From an uncultured delta proteobacterium (GTDB lineage Bacteria > Desulfobacterota > Desulfuromonadia > Desulfuromonadales > BM103): a stretch of DNA of 64,000 bases. The notes under the pieces were generated by a model. It was not told where the DNA came from and ran no database searches. It saw nothing but the letters and a program-made list of their open reading frames with translations. The position numbers were made by a program, and so were the translations under genes. Position 1 is the first letter of the stretch. The number at the start of each line of letters is the position of its first letter. Below, piece by piece: positions 17,574 to 27,542 of the stretch. The stretch spans positions 64,001 through 128,000 of the forward strand of contig CAVQRZ010000023.1 of the NCBI GenBank assembly GCA_963715335.1. The letters are read 5' to 3'.

Positions 17574-19928
17574 TCAATTGCCAAAAAGTTTTTTCAGTGA
17601 ATCCTGCATCGACTTGTTCGTCGGATTGTCGACCGGGTTGGTCTCCTTAGCGGGCTGTTGCTGGTCATCTTGCTGTGCTGCCGGAGCTGGTGAACCGAAC
17701 AATTTATCAAGATGGCGGCCCAATTCCTTGCCAAGCACTTCCGATGCCTGCTTCTGCACCCCTATCGGGTCCAGTCCGAACTTCGGCGCAGCGTAGTTGC
17801 CAGAGACAAGCAACGGAATCTGGCTCCAGCCGTCCTTGTCGGCCAGGTATTTTGCCATATTTCCGCCTGAATCGAGCCGGGCGGCAAGTTGTGGACTCAA
17901 ACGGGTATCCACCGACAGGTTCATGGTGCCGTCCAGGCCGATCGTCCCTCTGGGGAAAAGCTTTAGCTCGTCACTGAGGATACTGCTGTCGATGTTTAAT
18001 TTACCGTCGACGATTTTAATATCGCCCTGAAAATTTTTAAAGCGTATTTCATCCTTATTTGCAAGTTGCAGGAAGGAGGCGAAGCCTTTGACAAGCCCCG
18101 GACTGACTACACGACCGTTGGCGATCTGCATGTTGCCCTGGCCGTTAAGCTGCTTGCTCAGGGATTCCCACTGGGTCCCGCGACCCTTGAGATTGAGATC
18201 GAGGTCCATCGCCCCAAACAGTGCACCGCTGGCCTTGGGAATGAACGCAGTCAACAAGGGGTCTGCCTGGATTGTCTTGACCGCGAGGTCAGCGCTGTAG
18301 GTCAAACCTTTTGTGCCGAGGTTAACCTGCGCCGTGTTGGAAAATGAGCCTCCTGCTATCTTACCGTCCATTTGGCTGATCGTCAGGACATTGTCCTTCA
18401 ATTGGTACCTGGCAACAAAATCATCGATCGCAAGCGTCTTGTAGACGGTCTTGCCGATACTGAGTGTGCCACTGGCCAGAACGGGGATGTCAAAGGGGCC
18501 AAGTTCTTCCCCATTGCCTGTTGCCGGCACTCCACCTTTAGCGGCAGCGACCCCGGCGGCTCCGCCAGCACTCAGCAAAGGATCAAGCAAAAAGCTCTCG
18601 GAAGCAACGTCGGCCTTGACGACTATCGTTTTACCGAAAAGGTTGCTGGCGTTCAGGTCAATACGGGCACGATTCTCGCCCATGCGCATTTCCAGCCCTT
18701 CGGAAACCAGCTTTTCATCAGCAAACCTGAGTAGTCCAAAAATTGCCGGGCGCTGGCCGTTTGCAGCTATCTGGACATTGTCCAGGGTGACAACGGCCTT
18801 GCGGAGCAGCTTGACCGGATTATCCAGGCCTCCTGCCAGTTGTGCATCGACCTTGACCATACCGGAAGGGTCGGTATCCCGGGCTCCGGCGACCAGGCCG
18901 GCAGGCAAGCTTTGCATGGCCTGTCTCAGATCGATGCCTGGCACGTTCAGTTGCATTGCCAGGTCCTGCTGGCCGAAGAGGTTCTTGATTTTTCCGGTCG
19001 CCTCGGCAACCAGCCCATTATAATCGACACGCCCGCGACGCAAATCCAATAGTCCTGATTTCAAGTCAACGGACAGATCATAACCGATTTCGACTCCGGC
19101 ATTTTTCAGGGGCGCGTCGGGCAATGCATCAAGCGTCAGGTCAATACCTGTCATATTGATTGTGCCGGCAGCAGAGACATCTTCAATGCCCCCTGAAATT
19201 TTCGTTTCAAGATTCAGCTTGAGACCATCAAGCTTACCCGGCACAGAATCCTTGAAGTAAGGTGCAAAGGCCATGGCATCAAGGCCCTCAAGCGTAACCT
19301 CAAACACTCCTGAACCATCTAAAAGGCTGACCGTTCCATCCATATCAAGGCTGGCCTGATCGATCTTGCACTTGATTGCAACCGGCACAGAACCGGTCAG
19401 GGTAATGCCTTTTGCGGCGACTTGCAGTTCGCTAACCTGGATGGTGTGCGGAGGTTTATCTTTGACTGTGTTGTCAATAAAGACAAGGTTTCCATCCTCG
19501 ATACTCACTTGCGAAATCAGGAGACTGATCGGCGTTGTGGCCGATTCCCCTTGCTTACGCTCTTTTGTGGTTTTTTTATCAGTTCCGCCGACTATATCAT
19601 CAAAGCTGAATTGGCCATTGCTCATACGAACAACCCGGATCCTGGGAGACTCAACCCTGACCTCGTCGATCACCACCTTCATGGCCAATAGTGGTAAAAG
19701 TTGGTACTTCAGTCGAACCAGTTTCGTGCCGACGAAAACATCCTTACCGTCTTTCTCATAAACCTTGAGGTCGTTCAGTTCGATCCCTGTAAACAGGCTG
19801 ACGCTGATATCACCAAGTTCAACCTTGCGCTGCAATGCGTCCTCGGCAAGCGGTAACACGGTCTGCTTGACACGCTCTGGTGTAATCACAATTTTGGCCA
19901 GCACAACCAGACCAATGACAAGCACCAC
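17574..19928 (-). CDS. AsmA family protein
   Basis: N-terminal TM anchor and long beta-rich repeats. The true start appears lost upstream (possible indel near 19965). Confidence 0.8.
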   Translation of the reverse strand: MVLVIGLVVLAKIVITPERVKQTVLPLAEDALQRKVELGDISVSLFTGIELNDLKVYEKDGKDVFVGTKLVRLKYQLLPLLAMKVVIDEVRVESPRIRVVRMSNGQFSFDDIVGGTDKKTTKERKQGESATTPISLLISQVSIEDGNLVFIDNTVKDKPPHTIQVSELQVAAKGITLTGSVPVAIKCKIDQASLDMDGTVSLLDGSGVFEVTLEGLDAMAFAPYFKDSVPGKLDGLKLNLETKISGGIEDVSAAGTINMTGIDLTLDALPDAPLKNAGVEIGYDLSVDLKSGLLDLRRGRVDYNGLVAEATGKIKNLFGQQDLAMQLNVPGIDLRQAMQSLPAGLVAGARDTDPSGMVKVDAQLAGGLDNPVKLLRKAVVTLDNVQIAANGQRPAIFGLLRFADEKLVSEGLEMRMGENRARIDLNASNLFGKTIVVKADVASESFLLDPLLSAGGAAGVAAAKGGVPATGNGEELGPFDIPVLASGTLSIGKTVYKTLAIDDFVARYQLKDNVLTISQMDGKIAGGSFSNTAQVNLGTKGLTYSADLAVKTIQADPLLTAFIPKASGALFGAMDLDLNLKGRGTQWESLSKQLNGQGNMQIANGRVVSPGLVKGFASFLQLANKDEIRFKNFQGDIKIVDGKLNIDSSILSDELKLFPRGTIGLDGTMNLSVDTRLSPQLAARLDSGGNMAKYLADKDGWSQIPLLVSGNYAAPKFGLDPIGVQKQASEVLGKELGRHLDKLFGSPAPAAQQDDQQQPAKETNPVDNPTNKSMQDSLKKLFGN

Positions 19929-20037
19929 TACAACTACGGCGACGACGGCAAGTATCTTCGAGAACTCATTGTTCCATTATGTACCGTTCAAATAGATCAA
20001 ATCGGCTGGAAAATATTTGATATTGGAAAAATTTTTA

Positions 20038-20525
20038 TCAATGTGATTGGCTCAACGGGTCTTCGATCTGGTTGACCAGCAACACCTCACGCCACTGTTC
20101 TTGGTGACCGGTTGAACGGACAATCGGTTGCCCTTGCGCAGGACATCCATCCCCGACAGGACCGGATGCCTGCGGAGGTCGTCCCGGGTCAGCGGGCATG
20201 GCAGGTGACACAAGTACCGTACGTCCACCACAAACCAGATCGGTTTCGCATCAGAAGCGTTCGGATCAAAATGCTTTTCACGCGGATCCAGGGCAGTCAG
20301 GTCTGGATACCCTTCACGAACAACCTTCGCCAGCCCGACAATTGCCGGCTCCTTGCAGTTGCTGTGATAGAACAGTACGCCGTCACCGGCCCTGATTTGA
20401 TCGCGCAGGAAGTTGCGTGCCTGGTAGTTGCGTACACCATCCCACCGGTCCGTACTCTCCGGGCAGGCTTTCAGATCATCGATAGAGAAACAATCCGGTT
20501 CGGATTTCATCAACCAGTAGTTCAT
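20038..20525 (-). CDS. EVE domain protein (apparent 1-nt deletion near the C-terminus)
   Basis: YWLMKSEP, WDGVRNYQARN and RLSVQPV motifs. The expected EQW tail continues in another frame after about 20101. Confidence 0.88.
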
Positions 20526-20628
20526 TATAACCTCGATGAGCGAGGGTCGAAGCGAGAAGTGTGAAAGTTCATGACTTTATTCCTCCAACCATCCTCACTT
20601 CGCGTCCCGCACTTCATTTTTCGATTTT

Positions 20629-20644
20629 TTTGACCTCTGTCAAA
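20629..20644 (+). promoter_or_regulatory. Crp/Fnr-family (HcpR-type) binding site upstream of hcp
   Basis: TTTGAC-ctct-GTCAAA palindrome, spaced like a class II site relative to TAAGCT at 20666-20671. Confidence 0.7.
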
Positions 20645-20814
20645 GCGCGCTGAAACAAAACCGGATAAGCTCGCGTCAACTTCACTCACATGTGTAAGTA
20701 TATCAAATCACCGAGTTGAAGCTGCGAGATATTTTACATAAACCTGTTAAACTCGTTGTGATTTGAACGCCCGATTCATAGATTGCAACCCAACCGAAGG
20801 AACGGAGGAGAACC

Positions 20815-22437
20815 ATGTCCATGTTTTGCTACCAATGTGAACAAGCTGCCCAAGGCACCGGCTGCACCGCAATCGGCGTCTGCGGCAAGCAACCCGATGT
20901 CGCCGCCCTGCAGGACCTGCTGGTCTACACCCTCAAGGGGATCGCATTCTGGGCCGACAAGGCCCGGACGAAAGGCGCCAGGGACCAGGAAATCGACCGC
21001 TTCATGATCGACGGCCTCTTCACCACAGTTACCAATGTCGACTTCGATCCGGAAGCCGTCTCCAAATTCATTGCCGAGGGCGTCCGCCTGCGCGGCAAGG
21101 CCAAGCAGCTTGCCGGTGCGTTTGACGGCAAAGTTCCCCCGGCCGCACAGGACTGGGCTCTGCCGAAATCAATTGACGAGCAGGTCAAGCTTGGCGAACT
21201 GCATGGCGTGAAGGATTACACCGTCGATCCCGACATCCACTCGGTACGTGAGATCACCATGTACGGGATCAAGGGGTACGCCGCCTATGCCGACCACGCC
21301 AAGATCCTCGGCAAGGAATCCGAAGAGATTTATGCCTACACGCACAAGGCCCTTGCCGCCCAACTCGACGACAGCCTCGACCTGATGGCTAACGTCGGCC
21401 TGGCCATGGAGGCCGGCAAGATCAACTATGTGACCATGGAGCTGCTCAACCAGGCCCATGTCGAGGCTTACGGTCATCCGGTCCCGACTCCGGTCCAGCT
21501 TGGCACCAAGGCCGGCAAGGCGATCCTGGTCTCCGGCCACGACCTGAAATTCCTCGAAGAATTGCTCAAGCAGACCGAGGGCACCGGCATCAACATCTAC
21601 ACCCACGGCGAGATGCTGCCGGCCCACGGCTACCCCGGCCTGAAGAAATATGCCCACCTGGTTGCCAATTTCGGTGGCGCCTGGCAGGACCAGCACAAGG
21701 AATTCGCCGAATTTCCCGGTGCCATCATCTTCAACACCAACTGCATCCAGAAGCCGGCTGAGAGCTACAAGGACCGCCTCTTCACCTGGGGCCTGGTCCA
21801 GTGGCCCGGCGTCAAGCATGTCAACGGCTGGGATTTTTCCGAAGTCATTGCCAAGGCGAAACAATGCGCAGGTTTTACGGACAACCCCGGCCAGGAGATC
21901 CTCACCGGCTTTGGTCACAACGCCATCCTCGGCGTCGCCGACAAGGTCATCGCAGGCGTCAAGGCCGGCGCCATCAAGCACTTCTTCCTGGTTGGCGGCT
22001 GCGACGGTGCCAAGTCTGGTCGTAACTACTACACCGAGTTTGCCGAGCAGGCACCGAAAGACACCGTCATCCTGACCCTGGCCTGCGGCAAGTTCCGCTT
22101 CAACAAGCTCGACCTCGGCGATATCGGCGGCATCCCGCGCCTGCTCGACGTCGGCCAGTGCAACGACGCCTACAGCGCCATCCAGGTCGCTCTGGCTTTG
22201 GCGGACGCCTTCGAGTGCGGTGTCAACGACCTGCCGCTCTCCATGGTCCTGTCCTGGTACGAGCAGAAGGCGGTTGCGATACTTTTGACCCTGCTCCACC
22301 TCGGCATCAAGAACATCAAGCTCGGACCGTCACTGCCGGCGTTCATCACGCCGAACGTGCTCAACTTCTTGGTTGAGAACTTCAATATCGGACCGATCAC
22401 AACTGCAGAACAGGATCTCAAAGAGATTCTCGGTTAA
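20815..22437 (+). CDS. hcp: Hybrid cluster protein (hydroxylamine/NO reductase)
   Basis: MFCYQCEQ...GVCGK, SGHDL, GGCDG, GQCND and SWYEQKA motifs. Confidence 0.98.
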   Translation: MSMFCYQCEQAAQGTGCTAIGVCGKQPDVAALQDLLVYTLKGIAFWADKARTKGARDQEIDRFMIDGLFTTVTNVDFDPEAVSKFIAEGVRLRGKAKQLAGAFDGKVPPAAQDWALPKSIDEQVKLGELHGVKDYTVDPDIHSVREITMYGIKGYAAYADHAKILGKESEEIYAYTHKALAAQLDDSLDLMANVGLAMEAGKINYVTMELLNQAHVEAYGHPVPTPVQLGTKAGKAILVSGHDLKFLEELLKQTEGTGINIYTHGEMLPAHGYPGLKKYAHLVANFGGAWQDQHKEFAEFPGAIIFNTNCIQKPAESYKDRLFTWGLVQWPGVKHVNGWDFSEVIAKAKQCAGFTDNPGQEILTGFGHNAILGVADKVIAGVKAGAIKHFFLVGGCDGAKSGRNYYTEFAEQAPKDTVILTLACGKFRFNKLDLGDIGGIPRLLDVGQCNDAYSAIQVALALADAFECGVNDLPLSMVLSWYEQKAVAILLTLLHLGIKNIKLGPSLPAFITPNVLNFLVENFNIGPITTAEQDLKEILG

Positions 22438-22486
22438 GCGTTACAACAGACTGCAGAAAATAAAGGGCGGCCCATAAAGCCGCCCC

Positions 22487-22622
22487 GGATTGTTGACAAA
22501 CCCCGCACGTGATGCGGGGTTTGTTTTTTTACCTGGCAGGTGAAGCTTCTATAAAGCATGGGGCAACAGATGGTTAATCTGTTGCCCTCCTAAACATCAA
22601 TGCTGAAATTTGTCAGCAGCCT
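22487..22622. mobile_element. MITE-like element, copy B (about 136 bp), in the hcp terminator
   Basis: Imperfect terminal inverted repeats GGATTGTTGACAAA / TTTGTCAGCAGCCT, one GGGCAACAGAT palindrome (22561-22587), and a left part shared with 51819-51923. Confidence 0.75.
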
Positions 22623-22742
22623 GGAGCGCCCCTTTTGCCATCGGCTTAAACTGTTTTTCGTGACAAACAAAAGGCCCCCGATCCGCAAAGAGGGGGCTTT
22701 TGAATTTTATAGGCAGTGACACACGACGATCAATGCAAGCTT

Positions 22743-24152
22743 TCAGGCTTGCGAGATCCGGTCCTTGCCCGACAACTTAGCCTTGTACATAGCCTTGTCA
22801 GCAAGTTGCACGAGTTGGTCGCAAGATTGGGCGCTGTTACCTGTCAAGGTTGAGGTTCCTAAGCTGATAGTGACCTGCTCACCATCGAGACATTCAAACC
22901 GGTGGTCACGGATTATCGAGCCTAACCGGGTTGCCAGCTGCAGGGCTCCTTCAGAGGTTGTGTTCGGCAGGACAACCGCAAATTCTTCTCCTCCATATCG
23001 TGCCGGCACATCACTCAACCTGGCGACGTCCTTCGTGAGCTTACCGATTTCTCTTAGGACAGTATCTCCCTGGGTATGGCCATAATTGTCGTTGATCCGC
23101 TTAAAATTATCTATGTCAAAGAAGACCAGAGAAAGGGGTGTGTGGTAGCGTCTCGCTCTGCTGAATTCTTTTTCAAGACAACTGTAAAAATGTTGATGGT
23201 TGTAGAGTTTTGTCAATCCGTCCCGAATCGACATTTCCTCAAAATACTCTTGTGCGGTTTGCATCGACTCAAACAGGACAGCCGTTTCCAATGCGTTGGC
23301 GGAGAGGTTCGCCACCAATTGACACAACTTGTGGATTCTTTTGGTGACGCAACCGGGTAGCGGGCTCGCCATCCGCAAGAGGAAAGTCCCTATGACACTT
23401 TCTTTTTTAATAACCGGAATGACAACGATTGAATTGAAATTAAGACCAGCGATCTGTGCTCTTACAGAATCCATGAGCGGGTCGTTTTTTATGTCATTGA
23501 TGATGACGGGTTGTTTGGTGGCTAGGGCCTTGCTGATTTCCGGGTAGTTGCATAGTTCCAGTTTTATCTCTTCGTAAATCTCAAGGTCGCTACTGGCTTT
23601 GACATAAGGGATGCCGTCATCCTTGATGCTGACAATGGAACAGCGTGCTTCATCAATGATGGCCGACATCCTGTCGACGATCAGATGAAGTATCGTCATG
23701 GGATTGCGTATCGCAGAAATGTTTTCTGCCAGTTCAAGGAGCAGTATCAAATCTCTTGGTTCTAAATCGGCATAGTAATCTTTGGGCCTGAGATGGGCAC
23801 CTACACGTGCAAGGATTTCTGGAAGACACATCGGTTTTGTAATGTAATCGTCCGCCCCAACCTTTAACCCCCGAGCAATGTCTTCCTTTTTTGCAAGGGA
23901 GGTGAACAAGATGATGGGGATTTTTCTTGTCTTGACACTCTCCTTGAGAGTACGACAAGCATCAATCCCGTTTTTTCCTGGCATTTCAACATCCATGATA
24001 ATCAGATTGGGTTCCTGTGTCCTGGCAAGACGGATGGCCTCATCACCACTCACTCCTTCTATGATGTCGTATTGATCTTTCAAAGCATCTTTCAGAACAC
24101 TCCTGAAAAAGAGCTCGTCATCGACAACTAGAATTTTCAGTCCTGTTTTCAC
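22743..24152 (-). CDS. Response-regulator diguanylate cyclase (REC-GAF-GGDEF)
   Basis: VVDD, MDVEMP and KP receiver residues; RLSD I-site; GGEEF motif. Confidence 0.92.
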   Translation of the reverse strand: MKTGLKILVVDDELFFRSVLKDALKDQYDIIEGVSGDEAIRLARTQEPNLIIMDVEMPGKNGIDACRTLKESVKTRKIPIILFTSLAKKEDIARGLKVGADDYITKPMCLPEILARVGAHLRPKDYYADLEPRDLILLLELAENISAIRNPMTILHLIVDRMSAIIDEARCSIVSIKDDGIPYVKASSDLEIYEEIKLELCNYPEISKALATKQPVIINDIKNDPLMDSVRAQIAGLNFNSIVVIPVIKKESVIGTFLLRMASPLPGCVTKRIHKLCQLVANLSANALETAVLFESMQTAQEYFEEMSIRDGLTKLYNHQHFYSCLEKEFSRARRYHTPLSLVFFDIDNFKRINDNYGHTQGDTVLREIGKLTKDVARLSDVPARYGGEEFAVVLPNTTSEGALQLATRLGSIIRDHRFECLDGEQVTISLGTSTLTGNSAQSCDQLVQLADKAMYKAKLSGKDRISQA

Positions 24153-24421
24153 AAATACCCCTAATATATCCAGAGCTTGAATTAATTATCACTTTAACAG
24201 TACTCATTTACTGATTCGTTTACAAGGCAAGAAAGCATCGAGATGCTACTGAATCGAATAAAGTTGGCAAAGTCGAGCGTGGTCGAGGATTTTTGCTGCC
24301 CCTGATTAACAAAAAAATGGCCACTTGGTGAGATCCAAGTGGCCATCATTGTGTTAATTGGCAAGCGTCCCAAATGCCTCTATCAAAAGTTGGGACTGGA
24401 TTTGAATACTGATCCTATCCT

Positions 24422-24886
24422 TCAGGCTGAAACCAGCTCAAGAGAATGTTCGATCCGGATACACCCGGTAACGCTCATCGCTGCGGGGCACTTTTCAATA
24501 TAATTTTCCATTGCCCATCGAGCATCAGCTTCTTCTTGGTGACTGAGTTTCAGTACATAGTGAACGCGAATCACAGTAATTTTGAGTATACCCTCTACGT
24601 TCTCAATATCGCCTTCGACATTGGCCCGAAAAAGATCGGTGTGGGTTCTTATCTTTTTGGTCGCCAGCACGCTGGCGAAGGTGCCCATCATTCAAGCCGA
24701 GACTGCACCGACGATGTGATCCAAAGTAGCCGCGTGCTCTTCTACCGGATCGACCTTGTAAAATTTTTGTATTCCGCCATGGACCCCATAGAAGACCGGA
24801 TCAGAAAAGCCTTCTATTTGAGCTATCCTGATCGGACCCCTGTCTCTTGTGATGGTGATGCGTGATGTGTGAATTATTTCAGCCAT
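24422..24886 (-). CDS. OsmC-family selenoprotein (UGA at 24692-24694 probably read as Sec)
   Basis: Two ORF-track pieces join in frame as ...VGAVSA-U-MMGTF...EKCPAAMS; AGGAG RBS; SECIS-like hairpin downstream of the UGA. Confidence 0.85.
24661..24678 (-). promoter_or_regulatory. Putative bacterial SECIS element
   Basis: mRNA UCGCCAG-CGUG-CUGGCGA stem-loop starting 14 nt after the UGA, with GU in the apical loop. Confidence 0.75.
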
Positions 24887-25236
24887 TGTAATGTCTCCTT
24901 TCTTAAGAACATCGACATGTAAAACGTTACCACATTGCAGTGACCGCGCTCACAAGGCAGAGGGGAAATGTGTCATGGAAGTTGTTTGAACTAACCTGGT
25001 CAAAAATAGCTGACCTGGTCAAAATTTCTACAACTTTCACGAACAAGACGTCATCTTCCCCCTGCAAAATCTACTTGAACAAGACTACTTTAACGCATTG
25101 ACTCTATATAGCAAAGCTGTTGCATCCAAAACCTTGATAAAATCAGCAAAATGGTTTACCAATGGTGACGGATTGCTGCGATAAACCAGGCAATTCCGGG
25201 TTTGCCTGAAGAGCTTGACAGGAGCGCGTGGCGCAC

Positions 25237-25653
25237 TCAACTCATGCCTTCAAAAGTCAGAACCTTTGCCGTAAAATCAGCGTCCAGCCTTCTCGGTTTA
25301 CGTTTCTGGTAATCGAAACAGACCAGCGCCGTTTCTCCTTCGGCCGTGACTTCACCATTTCGTTCGATGCGATATGCCATACTGAAGGACGAGCGGCTCA
25401 AATCGCGCACCCTGACAGCAATCAACAACTCATCATCGTGAAACATCTCCGCCCGATACTTGACATGCGCCTCGGGCAGAATAATCCCACAGCCCCCGCC
25501 TATATCGAGCTCTGAATAGCCGCCGAGATTTTTCAGGTAACCAATCCGGGCATCCTGAAAAAAATTCAGGACCGCAGAGTTGGCGACATGCCCACCGTAG
25601 TTGACATCGGCAATCCGTACTCTGTACGGGAGCGTGAACTTGAATCCTTGCAT
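25237..25653 (-). CDS. Acyl-CoA thioesterase (4HBT/YbgC hotdog fold)
   Basis: DVNYGGHVAN and DARI motifs. Confidence 0.88.
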   Translation of the reverse strand: MQGFKFTLPYRVRIADVNYGGHVANSAVLNFFQDARIGYLKNLGGYSELDIGGGCGIILPEAHVKYRAEMFHDDELLIAVRVRDLSRSSFSMAYRIERNGEVTAEGETALVCFDYQKRKPRRLDADFTAKVLTFEGMS

Positions 25654-25709
25654 GTTTGACTCCTGGGGCGAGAACTTCAGGGCTTTATATCCTTCAAGAC
25701 CTGATCAAT

Positions 25710-26525
25710 TCATTTCTGGCATTTTGCGCAATGGTAAGTCGATCGCTGTCCCAATCTTGTCTGTATAATGGCGCTACCGCAGGCTGTACAAGGTTCTCCC
25801 GCCCTGCCGTAAACCCGGAGTTCCTGTTTGAAATAGCCGGGCCGGCCCTCGGTGTCCATAAAATCCCTGATCGTAGTCCCACCGGCGGCAATCGCTTCGG
25901 CCAGAACCTCCTGCACAGATTGGACGAGCAGCGCAAACGCTTTTCTGCTGACCCCGCCAGCTTGCCTGCCTGGTGAAATGCGCGCGCGGAATAACGCTTC
26001 GCTGGCGTAGATATTGCCGACTCCAACAACCACATGCGCGTCCATGATGAACGGTTTGACGGCTACTTTACGATCCCGAGAGGTGCGAAAAAGGTAATCG
26101 GCGTTGAAAAGACCGGTTAACGGCTCCGGCCCAAGGCTGACCAGGCGTTCATGTTGCAGGGGATTTGTGTCTGTCCAGAAGATGGCACCGAACCGCCTTG
26201 AGTCATTGAAGCGCAAAACCGAGCGGTCGGTAAAGAACAACTCTACATGATCGTGTTTGCGTTTCTCTTCGCCAGACCGGCAAACCCGCAGATGACCGGT
26301 CATGCCCAGGTGGATTATCAGCGTTCCCTGTTCGAAGTTCATCAACAGGTACTTGGAGCGCCGCTCCACTGCGCAGACTTTTTGTTTTATGAGGGTTGCA
26401 TTGAGGTCCGGCGGGACCGGCCACCGTAATGAGGCATTGTGAACCAGCACCCGTTCTACATACTTGCCCCTGACCAGTGGCTCAATCCCACGTCGGGTGG
26501 TTTCAACTTCCGGCAGTTCAGGCAT
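25710..26525 (-). CDS. mutM: Formamidopyrimidine-DNA glycosylase
   Basis: MPELPEVE, HLGMTG, GVGNIY motifs and C-terminal Zn finger. Confidence 0.98.
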   Translation of the reverse strand: MPELPEVETTRRGIEPLVRGKYVERVLVHNASLRWPVPPDLNATLIKQKVCAVERRSKYLLMNFEQGTLIIHLGMTGHLRVCRSGEEKRKHDHVELFFTDRSVLRFNDSRRFGAIFWTDTNPLQHERLVSLGPEPLTGLFNADYLFRTSRDRKVAVKPFIMDAHVVVGVGNIYASEALFRARISPGRQAGGVSRKAFALLVQSVQEVLAEAIAAGGTTIRDFMDTEGRPGYFKQELRVYGRAGEPCTACGSAIIQTRLGQRSTYHCAKCQK

Positions 26526-26555
26526 ACAAGACCGGGACGCGGAAAATGATTTGCA

Positions 26556-27029
26556 TCATTTTTGGGATACTTTCTCCATCAGATTCGCTAGATAGCTTTC
26601 TGCTTCAATGGATCCTTCGGCAGGCGACCAGGGAGCGAAATCTTTATCCGACATGGGCACGTAAGGGCCGGGTTTGGTCTCGAAAAACACACTGCCGGGC
26701 TCAAGGGCCAGCAACGTGTGCCAAAGACCTGACGGCAGTTCTATGGCCACAGCATTGTGGCCATCGCCGAGAGGTACGATTTCTTCAATCTCACCGTGGG
26801 CATCGAAAACAAGCAGAGCCATCCTGCCCCGGACTGCCAAAAAACATTCGGGCTTAGGGGGATCGATGTGACGATGCGGACGAATATAAGTACCAGGCTC
26901 CACTGCATTAAAGAGCCTTTGGCACGGATCGTCGTACTGCTCATGCAGGTTGAGGTTCTTGCGGCGGCGGTCAGACTCTGCCGCCTCTCTGCTTAAACCG
27001 TCGAGAATGCCTTGATTGATTATTTTCAT
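26556..27029 (-). CDS. WbuC-like cupin-fold metalloprotein
   Basis: RKNLNLH, YIRPHRH, WHT and ETKPGPY motifs. Confidence 0.85.
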   Translation of the reverse strand: MKIINQGILDGLSREAAESDRRRKNLNLHEQYDDPCQRLFNAVEPGTYIRPHRHIDPPKPECFLAVRGRMALLVFDAHGEIEEIVPLGDGHNAVAIELPSGLWHTLLALEPGSVFFETKPGPYVPMSDKDFAPWSPAEGSIEAESYLANLMEKVSQK

Positions 27030-27041
27030 GGCTGAGCGCAC

Positions 27042-27473
27042 TCAGTAGATCGTGTTCGGATCAAGGTTGTCAAAGTCGCCAATGGTCAGGGCTTCCGGTT
27101 CAGCAGGGAGTTCACTTGCGGTCATCTTCAGTCCCCGATGATATCGCCAGGCTTGATCTTCCATTTTCAGCCAGACGAGTTCCGCAAACCACAGCAGGTC
27201 GCCCTGGACATCCATCTGCATCAGAAAAACCACCCTGGATTCCTCACTGTCGAGCTCTTCGTCGAGAACTCTGCAATCGAGGATTTTATAACCTGGGCCG
27301 AGGTTCTCTTCACCGAAGCGACAGTACTCGTTACGGTCCGGGAACTGCCGCCGAAAATTCGACGCGGAGTGGTAGGAGTCATGAATAAAACCGAAATCGC
27401 CTGCCGAAAAAGCATGATTTCGGGCCAGGATCAGTTCAGACGGCGTGTAATCGGACAGGCTCTTCCTGTTCAT
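27042..27473 (-). CDS. YchJ-like (NTF2 fold) protein
   Basis: PSELILARNHAF...YH and WRY motifs resemble YchJ. Confidence 0.6.
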   Translation of the reverse strand: MNRKSLSDYTPSELILARNHAFSAGDFGFIHDSYHSASNFRRQFPDRNEYCRFGEENLGPGYKILDCRVLDEELDSEESRVVFLMQMDVQGDLLWFAELVWLKMEDQAWRYHRGLKMTASELPAEPEALTIGDFDNLDPNTIY

Positions 27474-27542
27474 TCCAGCGACCCTGTTAATATAGAAGAA
27501 AAGCCACCGTTCCAGGGCTTAAAGGCCTTACAGCCCTGCAAT

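Noticed and set aside
21169..22299. Long antisense ORFs (also 27138-28388, 43818-44924, 50141-51409)
   Set aside because: They are shadows of well-supported genes on the opposite strand, expected with GC-biased codon usage.
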